DNA of 45,833 nucleotides from Octopus sinensis (GCF_006345805.1 NW_021834657.1:1-45833); one strand, 5' to 3'; shown: positions 11,433 to 24,869, counted from the stretch's first letter. Numbers and translations: made by a program. Notes: generated from the letters alone by a model not told the origin.

Positions 11433-11595
11433 AATATTCTTTTCTGCTCTAGGCACAAGGCCCGAAATTTTGAAGTAAAGGGCCAATCGATTAGATCGAC
11501 CCTAATACACAACTGGTACTTAATTTATCGACCCCAAGAGGATGAAAGGCAAAGACAACCTCGGCGGAATTTGAACTCAGAACATAAAGACAGAC
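11433..11595 (-). mobile_element. SINE family B, 3' part
   Basis: CTGGTACTTAATTTATCGACCCCAAGAGGATGAAAGGCAAAG...CGGCGGAATTTGAACTCAGAAC. Confidence 0.85.
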
Positions 11596-11637
11596 TTGTG
11601 TATAATATTGAGTGTATATGGCTCTATATATATATGT

Positions 11638-11826
11638 AGTTGAAATTTACAGAAAAACAAAAGACGAAGACAGGTGTATGAACAACAAAACAACATGCAA
11701 GTGTATTAGTTTAACGTTCAGGAAGGTGAGAAAGTCTTTTACGTTTCGAGCCTATGCTCTTCAACAGTAAGGAACAAGAAGAAATAAACAGAGAAAAAAA
11801 AACTTGTGGATTTAGCGGTCAATCAT
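11638..11826. repeat. Dispersed repeat family E, copy 2
   Basis: Aligns by eye with 6588-6790. Confidence 0.8.
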
Positions 11827-12604
11827 GTCAACTAGTTAGACCTGTACCTGGGTATGTGTTGACGTATGTATGTGTACGTGTATACTGCATCATCCCAAAG
11901 ACAAGCTCACATGAGGGCATTGGTGGAGTAAAGTGCCTCTGAAATTGCTGGCCTTGTGCCAAAATTTGAAATCAATATTATTTTCGACATCCTGTTTATC
12001 GGGGGAAGATGTGGTTGGTCACAGTTGGAACATCGCTGTGTGTTCGGTGTTCGATCTGAGCTAAATTGGAGTCAAGCGACACAGCCATCACCACCAAATA
12101 GCTAACAACAAACAATAAAATACACCAAAAGGGAAAAAGAATGAAAAATGTAAGTGAACGTGGAATAGCCAATAAAACGGAAGTGAGCATGAGGACAGCC
12201 GGAAGTAGAAACTGAGCTTACCAATGGAATTGGAACAAATTATTACAGAGCTGCAAGTAATCAAGTGAAAGGAATGGTATTTATGCGTCTTTGATACCTG
12301 ATGCCACAAAAACCTCACACACGCATAGGTACTTACATATATATGCATACACACACCCACGCAAGTAAACTCGCCTTTATCTACGTGCACATACACTTAC
12401 AACTTGACACACATCATACATACTTGCAATGCTATATATATATATATATATTATATATATATATATATATATATGCATACGTATATACACAGTAATATAC
12501 ACGCATGCAAAAAATAATTACATATAGGCAAGTACATGTATACAAACACTTTATTCTAAACAAACTTGCTCGTAAACTTTCTCTCTCTCTCATTCTCTCT
12601 CTAT

Positions 12605-12636
<32 letters not shown>

Positions 12637-14149
12637 AATATATATATATAACCTGCGTATACCTCTGTGTGTGTGTGTGTGTGCGCGCGTGTGTAATTAT
12701 TATTTATCCGTTTTTGCTTTTTAAAGCTGGATTGGGTTCTGGAGGATGCAACAAGTGGACGAACCAGATCTTACTGCAATGCGTGACTTTGAGCTTGATT
12801 TACGACTGAATACCCTTCCTAGCATAAAAATATTATACAGAGCGTATTTGGTGCATTTTTGGCGACGCATTTGAGAATGTTGCAAGATGTGAGAAAAAGA
12901 GCTTCTTTGCTTTAGCTTTGGTTGGATGAGGTGGGTAGAATGGTACCAAAAAGAGAGGAAAATATGGTAGTAATGAGATGCCAGAGCATAACTCCAACAA
13001 GATGACATATCTAAGAGAGTGAACAGAGGAGACGCTGGAGACAGGAAATTAACAAGGTAGGGTGATCGATGGTAAATATGCGTGGGGAACGATATGTTAC
13101 TTATTGTCAATTGGGAGTAGCTTAGTAGAGAAATGAGTGGTGACTAACAGTACAAAACTAGTGATATGAAATATTTGCGTGTATCTATGCATATGTGTGT
13201 GTATATATACATACACGCTGAGAATTTTATTATGTGTTTCTAATATATACATAGTGGGAGAAAGAGAGTGACACATGTATGTATCTGCATACAACTGTGT
13301 ATATATTATTGTGTGTATGCGTACATGAACATACTCACGCAAATACACACACACATCATTCACTGTATATATTTGCCTGTAAATTATTTTTGAATTAGAT
13401 TATACACACACACACACACTCACACAATCGTAAAAAAAGAATATACAAAAACCTAGAGTCTTTGTCACTTTTGAAAACCTATCTGTGTAATCATATTTTT
13501 TCTATTTGCAATCTCCTGCGATTTATGTATTCTTCAAACTCGAATAACTTTTTCTTACACGACATAACATTTTTCAAGTTGCAAGTCTGTGCATACAATT
13601 CACTCAGCTTAACGACCTATCTAGTACACGTCTTATCCTCAAGACGTCATTATTTATTCTATCTTCCTACTGCATTTTTCATAATACTTAAAATCATTAC
13701 ATGAATTATGCTACAATAGTATCCTATGTCCTACACATTTACCCGATGTCCCAATACGGTACCTATGCTCTACATAATATCCCACACTTGTTCCAAATAT
13801 CACACATATATACCCAGTATACCATACTATTAACCAATAGGGTAAGGCTACACAAATGAATTAACAAACGGTCGAACAAACTTCATTTTTTTTCTCATTG
13901 TTTTTGGTTCTTTTAATTGTCTAAGTGTGAACGGGAAAAGGTATCATCGTTGATTGTTTATAAAGTTTTAACTCTCTTGGGGGAAGCAAGTTATTCGTCA
14001 AGAAAATGCCTCGCTCGAATGCTGACAACATAGCAATAGTCGCTAAAGACGGCACCTTTTAAGGAACAGGCCGTAATGTTAAAGACAGACGGACAGATGG
14101 AGGGGACGATAGATTGAATATATCGTTCGGGAAAAGGAACGTTTCTTTT

Positions 14150-15038
14150 AGTGGACTTCCACCTAGTTTCTACCGTGAAGCTGTACTCACCAATCATTGG
14201 TCGATCCGAAGTTTTGGTAGAAAATATTTGCCCCAAATTCAATATGCTAGGATCGAAATCAGAACGACTTAATTTTGAAGTCAACTCATTTACCACGTAG
14301 CCAAAATGGTTTACCTTTTACAGTGACTTATTTCAGTCACTAGACTGCGGCCATGCTGGGGCACCGCCTTAAAGGGTTTCCTGGAACTAATCGACATAGT
14401 TGTAAGTTTCGTGCTTATTCTATCCGTCTCTATTTGCCGAACCACTAAAATACAAAGAGGCAACCAAAATAGTGCCAACTGTCAGGTCGTGATAGGAAAC
14501 ACACACCATATATATGTATATATCGATGGGCTTCTACGAAGTTTTTTGTCTACCAAATTCACCAACAAGCCTCGGGATTAAAGTGAAAGACACTTGCTCA
14601 AGGTATCATGCAATGGGACTGAACAGGAAACGACCTGGTTGTATATCTAAGTTTTAAACCATACGGTCACGCCTGCACTTATACTCTTTACTTGTTTCAG
14701 TTATTTGACTGTGGCCATGCTGGAGCACCGCCTTTAGTCGAGCAAATCGACCCCAGGACTTATTCTTTGTAAGTCTAGTTCTTATTCTACGGGTCTCGCG
14801 ATGTTGGGGTGACAAACACGGACACACAAACATATGCACACACACATACATACACACACAAATATGTATATATACGACGGGCTTCTTTCAGTTTCCGTCT
14901 ACCAAATCCACTCACAAGGCTTTGGTCGGCCCGAGGATATAGAAGAAGACACTTGCCCAAGGTGCCACGCAATGGGACTGAACCCGGAACCATGTAGTTG
15001 GTAAGCAAGCTACTTACCACACAGCCACTCCTACGCCT
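14150..15038 (-). mobile_element. Three head-to-tail SINE family A copies (about 14150-14300, 14315-14678, 14679-15038)
   Basis: The rightmost copy is close to the window consensus; the other two are progressively more diverged versions of the same motifs. Confidence 0.75.
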
Positions 15039-15379
15039 TATGTCCACTTAAAAAAAAAACATTTTCAGTGTTTCACTTGGACACCATTATTATTACCGCT
15101 ATAACAAATACATATATTAAAAAGAGAAAGTTACACGAGCATATTCCAGATCACCCGAGAGCAGGCAGGATCTCCATAGCTTCACGTCGTTTGCCATACA
15201 ATTGACTTCATCACAAGATATAGTGCAGTTAAAAACTCTGGCAGTGATAACTTTGTCTTCATATTGCATGCTTCACACAATACCAAATAAATATGAGAAA
15301 AACATATATCTCACAAACGCACCAAATCACCTGCAAATACGCATAAAATCACTTACAGCTAATCACAAATAAAATGCTC

Positions 15380-15457
<78 letters not shown>

Positions 15458-16009
15458 ATGATTTTTGTTTATCGTTTTTGGAGGGCTTTTGATTTGAGTA
15501 TATAAACATAAATATGATATAACATATTTATATTATGTGATATCGCATATTTATATTATATGCCAGTCATATTCACGAGAATATTTATGTAGAAGTATGA
15601 AACGACAACAAAGAAAAACGTATGGCAAATGAAAGAAAGAGAGAAACATAAAAAAATGAAGAGAGTCGAGAAGAATTGTAGGAAACAAGTTTCAAACAAC
15701 AAGAGAACCACAATAGGAAAGACTCTGTACAATGAGACATGTGAGCAGAAGAACATATATATATATATATATATAGTATATGATGCACATGTATATGTAA
15801 GTATGTATATACATACATAGATACACATATGTATATATATATATGTGTGTGTGTGGGTGTATTTATATATATGTGTGTGTGTGTATTTATATATATGTGT
15901 GTGTGTGTGTGTGTGTATTTGTATGTATATATATGTACATGTATGTATGAATATATGCATCAATTTACGTACATATACAGACATATGGTGCTCATGATTA
16001 TAACAGTAT

Positions 16010-16152
16010 AGAAGCAGAATATATATATATATATATGTATATATGTTGAATGAGGCTTATGAGAATACTTGTATCTATCTATCTAAATATATATATATAT
16101 ATGTATGTATATATATATATACATATGTATATATATATATATATATAATATG

Positions 16153-16189
<37 letters not shown>

Positions 16190-16201
16190 GTATGTATATT
16201 A

Positions 16202-16235
<34 letters not shown>

Positions 16236-16302
16236 GATATGTATATATATATATGTGTATATATATATATATGTATATATATATATGTATATAATATATA
16301 TG

Positions 16303-16367
<65 letters not shown>

Positions 16368-16394
16368 ATATATATATATGTATGTATATATATG

Positions 16395-16467
<73 letters not shown>

Positions 16468-16730
16468 GTAGTATATATATATATGTATGTATATATATAT
16501 ATATATGTATGTATATATATATATATGTATGTATATATATATATATGTATGTATATATATATATATGTATGTAGTATATATATATATATGTATGTATATA
16601 TATATATATGTATGTATATATATATATATGTATGTATATATATATATATATGTATGTATGTATATATATATATATGTATGTATATATATATATGTATGTA
16701 TATATATATATATATGTATGTATGTATATG

Positions 16731-16784
<54 letters not shown>

Positions 16785-16862
16785 TATATATATGTATGTA
16801 TATATTGTATATATAATGTATGTATATATATATATATGTATGTATATATATATATATGTATG

Positions 16863-16903
<41 letters not shown>

Positions 16904-16930
16904 GTATATCTATATTGATATATATATATG
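16010..16930. repeat. About 0.9-kb (TA)n/(TATG)n compound microsatellite with higher-order periodicity
   Basis: Perfect 20-bp unit ATATATGTATGTATATATAT repeated across 16501-16570; the 242-300 aa Y/I ORFs are artefacts. Confidence 0.95.
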
Positions 16931-18123
16931 GCATATTTATATATACCTATATGTCTATGCGTTGTATAATACAACAATACTAGAATAGAAATTATTACAA
17001 TCTCATAAAACTGAAAACAAAAAATAACATTATATAAAAATAAAACATAATAAAAAAAATGACAATGAAACTATGAAGGAAAAAAAAGAAAAGCATTAAA
17101 AGTCTTAGAATCGGAAAGCTTCAAGAATATTATTATCCAGGCTGAAATATTCCTTTAGTTATGATAGAATATTTAAAAGAAGTAACTCAAAGATGGCGAC
17201 CATAAAACAGAGATATTAGGTAGGCTCGGCTTTGTGAAAATATTGCAATGAATATAGAGACTAGCATAGTATTTTAGTGGGTTTTTTTTTTATTATTTAT
17301 GATTAATATATTGCAAACAGTTCCTTATCTAGGTATTGCTGGTGGTGATGGTGTTGTTTTTGGCGGTGCTGTTTGAGATGTTGGTGCTGGTGGTGCAGCT
17401 GTAGAATAAAGCGACTTCTACGAGATGCTGTTCTCTTCATTGTTCTGTGACTTAAGTTCCATAGGCCAGGGGTGATTGGCAAACAATGGGGTATATAAAA
17501 GCGTGTGTCTGTATATGTGTAATTATGTTTACATGCATGTTTGTGATATATGTGTGTGTGTGTTTGAAGGTGTATGTGTGTGTGAAACAGAATAAACTGG
17601 TGTGTGGTTGTGTGCTGCTATGAAATTACATATATGTATATATATGCGTGTGTGTAGGTCATGCGAGTGTATATGTTTGTAGTATATATATGTTTTGTAG
17701 GTGTACAAAAATGAATGTAAGTATGTGTTTTATGTGTATGTACATGTGTGTGTATGAGGGCTTGTATGTGTGTGTTTCATAAACCTATATACACCTCTGT
17801 GTATATTTATGCGTGTGAAAGTTTGCGTGTTTATATGCAAATGTATTTATATAAGATGTTCATTTTTGAGGGAGGGGGTGGATTGAGTAGGGTGCGGGTT
17901 CGTCTCTCTTTCTTTTAATCGCTCTCTTCGCAGTAGTTGGTTCCACTCCAACATAACATTGGAACAATATTGGTACTTAGACATCTATTTAACTATAGTT
18001 ACATGCTAAATTAGAAAATAAATTCTTGTATATTTTTACCGTTCCACTTACAGGTTGAATTTCAAAATACATGATTTAAACTCTCTCATGGCGTGTAAGC
18101 CTAAATTATACATACATGTATGC

Positions 18124-18174
<51 letters not shown>

Positions 18175-18176
18175 TA

Positions 18177-18549
18177 GGCGCAAGAGTGGCTGTGTAGTAA
18201 GTGGCTGGCTTACCAACCACATGGTTTCGGGTTCCGTCCCGCTGCGTAGCACGTTGGGCAGGTATCTTCTATAGCCTCCGGCCGACCAAAGCCTCGTTAG
18301 TGGATTTGGTAGACGGAAGCTGAAAGAAGCCCGTCGTATATATATATGTGTGTGTGTGTGTGCTGTTTCTGTGTTTGTTCTTCCAACATCGCTTGACAAC
18401 CGATGCTGGTGTGTTTGCGCCCCCGTAACTTAGCGGGGACCGATACTAGGCTTACAAAGATTAAGTCGTGGGGTCGATTTGCTCGACTAAAGGCGGTGCT
18501 CCATCATGGCCGCAGTCAAATGACTGAAACAACTAAAAGAGTAAAAGAG
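18177..18549 (+). mobile_element. SINE family A, near full length
   Basis: GGCGCAAGAGTGGCTGTGTAGTAAG head to ...TGACTGAAACAACTAAAAGAGTAAAAGAG tail. Confidence 0.85.
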
Positions 18550-19166
18550 GTATGGGTACAGGACGTCACCAACAGTAAACAACGTGAAGTACGAAAGCAA
18601 ACGAGTTAAATATGCAAACAATGCGAAAATATGGAAAGCAAGTCAAGTAACACAAACACCGACCCTTCATCAGTTTTCGGCTCTCTAAGAACTCCGCATT
18701 TCGAGCATTTTGTTCTTGTTATAAGAAAAACAATTTTACATTAAAAGTTTTTTCAATACTTATGGCAGAGAACAATGGGTAAGACATCATCAGACAGTCC
18801 GTTGATGGCTTCAGCTCGCCGAAACTCTGAAGTCACTATTAAAGAATAACCTCTCTCTCACTCTCTCATCTCATCTTGAGTGGAAGTTTAGCTTTTAATT
18901 CGAGCAAGTATGGGCTTAATGACAAAGTTTGTAAAACGACAAGATAAATACAAAGAAAGAACATGAACGAAAAGTGACTCTTTAAATGACCGACCACACT
19001 TTAAATATGAATATTGTATATATTCTCTGTGTGTGTGTGTGGTGTGTGTGTGATAAATAGGCAGATAGGTATATGTGCAAATACATGTGTATTTAGACAT
19101 ATCTACCTATATACAAATGCATGTATGTGTGTATGAATGTATGAGATTTTGTATGTACATATAATT

Positions 19167-19472
19167 GAAGACACGTGACTTAGTGCTGTTTCACTCACGG
19201 TCGGAAGTTCGTAAGTTCAATTCCCGACGACGCGTTCTGTCCTTGAGCAAGACACTTTATTTCACGTTGCCCCAGCTGGCACAAATGAGTTGTATCTGCA
19301 ATTCAAAGGGGCCAGCCTTGTTGCGTTCTGTGTCACGATGAATCTCCCTGAGAATATCCCTAGGGTACACGTGTCTGTCGAGTGCTCAACCACATGCACG
19401 CTATTTTCACGATCAGGCTGTTCCATTGATCATATTAATCGGCACCCTCGTCGTCGTAACCGACGGAATGCC
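19167..19472 (+). mobile_element. SINE family C, well preserved
   Basis: A-box-like TGACTTAGTG, B-box-like GTTCAATTCCC, CORE-like GTCCTTGAGCAAGACACTTTATTTCAC, 3' end CCCTCGTCGTCGTAACCGACGGAATGCC. Confidence 0.75.
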
Positions 19473-19626
19473 GCTCATAATGAGTGTATACAAGTTAAAG
19501 ATTGTGTATATATGTGTAACGGTGTAAATCTATATGGAAGATTGGCGTGTATATGCGCCGAATTTATGTTCAGTGTGTTTTTGTATGGAATTTGTATGTT
19601 TGTTGTGTATGGATACATGTGTATTA

Positions 19627-20232
19627 TCTTTTACTTGTTTCAGTCATTTGACTGTGGCCATGCTGGAGCACCGCCTTAAAGGGTCTTAGTTGAAGTAATC
19701 GATCCCGGGACTACTTCTTTGTAAGCCTAGTACTTATTCGATCGGAACTTTTGCCGAACCGCTAAGTTACGGGAGACACAAACACACCAACATCAGTTGT
19801 CAAGCAATGACGGGGTGTCAAACACTCACGCAGACACACACACACACACACACACACATACTTGTAAAGGCTTAGCGGTATTTCGTCTGCCGTTACGTTC
19901 TGAGTTCAAATTCCGCCGAGGTCGACTTTGCTTTTCATCCTTTCGGGGTCGATTAACTTAGTACCACTCACGCACTGGTGTCGATGTAGTCGACTTAATC
20001 CCTTTATCTGTCCTTGTTTGTCCGCTCTATGTTTAGCCCCCTGGGGACAGCAAATATATATATACATATATACGACAGGCTTCTTTCCGTGTCCTTGTAT
20101 TAAATTCACTCATAAGTCTCTGGTTGTTTCGAATCTTTTGTTGAAGACATTTGCCCAAGATGCCGCGCAGCGGGACTGAACCGAGGACAATGTGATTGAG
20201 AAGCCTGTGTACCTATCACAATTGTTCTTGCG
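19627..20232 (-). mobile_element. SINE family A interrupted by a family B insertion
   Basis: Family A tail at 19627-19860 and head at 20055-20232 flank an opposite-orientation family B copy. Confidence 0.8.
19870..20053 (+). mobile_element. 5'-truncated SINE family B nested inside family A
   Basis: GCTTAGCGGTATTTCGTCTGCCGTTACGTTCTGAGTTCAAATTCCGCCGAGGTCGACTTTGCTTTTCATCCTTTCGGGGTCGAT; its 3' tail differs from other B copies. Confidence 0.85.
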
Positions 20233-20705
20233 TTATAGGATTTTCAATTTAGATGTATTTATGACAATGTGTGTGTATATAAACATATATGTTCGCATGT
20301 CGGTTTCTCTATGTACGTACATGGCGTACACACGTATTTAACACAGTTGATAGAGTATTTAACATAAAGACTGTGTGTCACTTTACGTGTATGTGACAAT
20401 GTCTTTCTCTATATCTGTGTGTGTGTGATAGAGCTTCAACTGTTTATTCGCATACACATACATGCTTACTCACATATGCACACATATGTATATGCCGACA
20501 CATACAAGCAAGTAAACACACGCCCAAGCACATAAAGAAGCATGTATATAGGTACACACACACATGTGTACATATATACATATATATTCGTATACATCCT
20601 TTTGTAGGTATATACTTAAAAATACAATACATGTACACAGGTATATACATACGTATTCATAAGCTTTGTGTGAGTGTGTGTATGATACGCATTTGTGTGT
20701 GTATG

Positions 20706-20742
<37 letters not shown>

Positions 20743-21304
20743 GCATGCAAACATGCATACACACATACGTACACAGCATCACAGGCGTATATAGCTTCCT
20801 TCCTATTTTACAAACAACAGACATTTTCACATATAGAGAATATTTTGTTTTTGTTATTTACCTTCTTTTTTCTAAATGAGACGGATTGTTCACTTGCACT
20901 GCGCATGTCTTGGCACGCCTGACTGATTTTGCTGTTCAGTGTGTGTTGCAAATCTCGACCTGAAGCGTGTGGTTGATGTGTGACTGGATTTATGTATTTA
21001 TTTGTTTATTACCTCCCCTTTGCTTTCCCCTTAGTATGCGCGTTACATGTGTGTATGTATGTATGTATATATATATATATATGTATACATATGTATATAT
21101 ATATATATACACGATGTGTGTATGTACGGAATTATAATAAATAGTCTACGAGAACGAAAATCATTCAAATGTTTCCATATTTTTTTATTATGCAATACAT
21201 ATTTGGCTTTTGTTTGCTCCACTTCAATTTCTTCACACACATGTATGCAGAAAACCACATCAACATTTGTACACAGGCATACAGACACACAGACATAATG
21301 TGTA

Positions 21305-21338
<34 letters not shown>

Positions 21339-21735
21339 CGTCTGTATACATGTGTGTTTGTCTTAGGATATTATTCTCTATGAATATTTATATAATTTAT
21401 GATGTACGTTTTATATTAACCGGATTTCTTTCTGAAAAAATTCCTTCTTCTCCTGTATATTTATTTGCTATTATAAAAATTATTATCATCATCACCATCA
21501 TCATCATTGATATTACATAGAAAGTATGTTTTTAAAATTTTGCTTTTTGTTGTTATTAGTATTTACGTTATTGTTATTATCATCATCATCACCATTATTA
21601 TTGCTATTATTATTATCATTAATATCATTATTATTAACATTTCTGTTTTGGAAATTGTGCTTTTAAGATCTTGGTTATTGTCGTCATCATCATCGTCGTT
21701 GTCGTTATAATAATCATCATTATTAGTAGTATTAA

Positions 21736-22700
21736 GTGATAGAATATAGCGAAGAACTCGTGATGGGAAACAATGGAGTAGAGGAACAGTTCTTAGCTAT
21801 GCGTCCGGCACTCGATCTTCTTCTACGTCGCAAAACACGAAGATTTCATTTTCAAAACCGTGGTCACATCTCTTTTGGCAGACCACGTGATATTCTATTT
21901 TTAGCAGAGACCGATCTCTCTTGTGGTCATTCAGGATTGTTGATGTTCCGATGTGGGTTTCTAGTCTGTTGCTGTTCTTAGTAGAAACTGCAGAGTGTTA
22001 AGAGAAACTGATAGAGCAGCTGAGGTGCAGACAGCTGTGAGGGTTTGTGCAACAGGCAAATTGTCTCATTTGGATGGTGTCCCTAATGCTCATAATGGAT
22101 GCATCCCGGATTTGTTAGCTCCCTTCTTAGCAGTTATCTGTAACTGTTGGCAATTAACTGGGATCTTTTCCAGCTATGATATCCATGGAGTGGTGGCGCT
22201 GCCATAGAAGGACTGCAATAAGGGAGACATTGTTGCTTACACCAAGTTCATGACACGGTGAGTCGCAGAGCTTAAGATTTTGGCCAAGATGATATCCTGT
22301 CCTCAGTAGAGTGGTCATGGTCGAGCAGACCAACACAATACTCGAGTTATCCAACCACGTAAACCCACACCAACATGGATTACATTTTAGAAATTGTGGA
22401 TAATAAATGTGTTTTCTGCGAGGGATTGATTCTTTATTTGGATCAATCTAGAGATTTCGATATTGTCGAACGTCAATTATTGGCGATAGTTTTCCAAGTC
22501 TGGATTGCTTCAACGTATCACGTGAGCATCTCAGTGGTCGGCGTAAATGGACAGGCATTATAACCATTCCAATCCCACAAATGATCCGTCAAACGTCTCC
22601 TCTATGACCACCTTTATAGATTTTGGTTTTAGAGCACTGGCTATGTAACTTAGTGGTGCTGAGGGTTATTCTACTGCGACAAAAACGCGGTGTCGGGCAC
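21736..22700 (+). mobile_element. Decayed Tx1/L1-clade LINE ORF2 (reverse transcriptase) fragment
   Basis: Across frames: EVQTAVRVCATGKLSHLDGVP (cf. GKSPGLDG), KDCNKGDI, AELKILAK, YILEIVDNK, LDQSRDFDIVERQLL (cf. LDQxKAFDRV), VVGVNG, and IRQ..PL...ILVLE (cf. VRQGCPLSPLLYxLxLE). Many stops and frameshifts. Confidence 0.85.
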
Positions 22701-23007
22701 TGGCCCTTAAGAGATGAAAGCGTTAACAAAAGGGTAAAAGTGTTCAGTGGTAAAGAACAATGATCAGAAATCGTTCGACCGACGTCTGTGCGGAGGTGCA
22801 AAAGCTGCAAATGAGAGATGAGATGAAATTTGCAGCGCAGATCGAATTTTCAACAATATATTTATCGTAATCTGACTTAGTTCCAGTTGTAAAGTTCAAT
22901 ACAATTGAAGAAACAATGCATACAAGCATAAAAACAAACGTCATGTGTCTATGTGTGTGTATGTGTGTATACAAACATGCATACATAATACCTATATATT
23001 ACGTATC

Positions 23008-23039
<32 letters not shown>

Positions 23040-23060
23040 AATACATACGTAAATATTTAC

Positions 23061-23117
<57 letters not shown>

Positions 23118-23656
23118 AATATATATATGTATGTGTGTATATGTATATATATTTGTGTGCGTGTATGTATATGTGTGTGTATGTAAATATATATACGCAT
23201 ATCTATATGTGTATGTATATAGATGACACGAGAAGATGCTTATGTGCAAACACTCTAACATATACACACATCCCACATACATACATACGTGCACACACAC
23301 ACTCTTTCTGTCTCACATACATACATACGTACACGCACACGCACACACACACATACTGTTTCTCTCTCGCTCTCACATACACATACACGCATACGCGCAC
23401 ACAACGTCTACACTAGCAGGAATGATATCAAAGTTCTTTCAATTTCATTAAAACACAATTCACGCACGACCAGTAAATTAAATTTTACAATAGCGGTAAA
23501 TATAATTACACAAGATAAACACAATTACAGTAGCGATAAACATTATTAGGGAATTTGCTTTACTTAGTTTTCTCAATTTTCGTTCTGCCTAAATACTCAT
23601 TTCATTTTGCTTTTTCTGTGCAGATAGGGTGATATTCTCTCTCTCTCTCTCTCTCT

Positions 23657-23694
<38 letters not shown>

Positions 23695-23933
23695 TACGTA
23701 TATACACGTACATGAATGTGCATACACAGGCGCATATTTTGGTGAGATTTTATGTTGTGTTTGTTAGAGGCAGAGACGGAGAAAGAGACAGAGAGAGAGA
23801 GAGTGTGTGTGTGAGAGAGAGAAAGAAAGAGAAAGAGAGAGAGATAAAGAGAAACAGAGAGTAATATTGAGAATGGGAATCGAAATGAATTTTTGTGTGT
23901 GTGTATATATATGTGTGTGTACATTTGTTTGTG

Positions 23934-23973
<40 letters not shown>

Positions 23974-24019
23974 CCTCGCGTTGTTGTGTTTTCTTGCTGT
24001 TCATGTTTGGATTAACTAT

Positions 24020-24065
<46 letters not shown>

Positions 24066-24325
24066 TATATATATATATATACACGCATACATACATATGT
24101 TCAAATATATATGTAGACATTCATGCATGCATATGTATGTTTTCCATACAAACACATATGTACACATATATAAATTCACAATGAGAAGGCTGACATCGAG
24201 TTTGAAGTTTCGGTTTGCGAGACTTCTTCAGACAATATTCATGTGTGTTGTGTGTGTGTGTGTATGTATATATATATATATATATATATATACATGCACA
24301 CACACATACATACTTATATATATTA

Positions 24326-24364
<39 letters not shown>

Positions 24365-24539
24365 TATATATGGGTAGCGTAGCTTAAGCTAAGGAATAAG
24401 GGGTGGGAGGATACCTCTTGAGTGACCGTTTCCCTACTTATTGACTACTCCTCAGAGAAGGCGTACCCGGTTTCCTTTCCCCGCTAATAATATAAACCAG
24501 CTGACTGCATGTGTATAGATATTTCGGTGTGCGAATAGA

Positions 24540-24586
<47 letters not shown>

Positions 24587-24869
24587 ACACACGGATATAT
24601 GTACGAGATAGAGACGAAATGTTAATATGCCTGAGTATGGAGATGAAGTATATGTTTGTGAAGTGTACATGTACGTACAGTGGTGTTTGATATCATCAAG
24701 CAGAAGAAAATGTCTGAAATAAGTGAAAAATAGAAAACAAAATATTATCTGTCTACAACACGTGATTAACACTTGTTGACGACATTTGAAACCGAGTAAG
24801 TGCAACATGAACTCCAGTGACAATAGTAATTTTGATAGGCATAAATAAGGAGACATTAATGGTACAGGT

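Noticed and set aside
12721-13110. Unique purine-rich segment as an exon or LINE relic
   Set aside because: All + frames close quickly; similarity to the Tx1 C-terminus (WLDEVGRM) is too weak to call.
14960-15035. tRNA genes suggested by A/B-box motifs (also near 2741, 18177, 19167 and 38772)
   Set aside because: No convincing cloverleaf, and they continue into SINE bodies; treated as tRNA-derived SINE heads.
16075-16988. Long ORFs of 109-300 aa (Y/I/H/T/M/C-rich)
   Set aside because: Translations of (TA)n/(TATG)n, which lack stops in several frames; the same applies to ORFs at 5636-6222, 22916-23451, 37455-38095 and 45073-45393.
17194-17220. AAGATGGCG start/YY1-like motif
   Set aside because: The ORF stops after 8 codons and there is no other support.
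17475-17501. ATTGG plus TATATAAAAG promoter-like pair
   Set aside because: Spacing of about 12 bp is too short for CCAAT/TATA architecture, TATA-like words are ubiquitous here, and microsatellite follows.
18054-18094. 41-nt candidate exon (TTACAG|...|GTAAGC)
   Set aside because: Weak donor -1 base, no recognisable peptide, and such site pairs are expected by chance in 45 kb.
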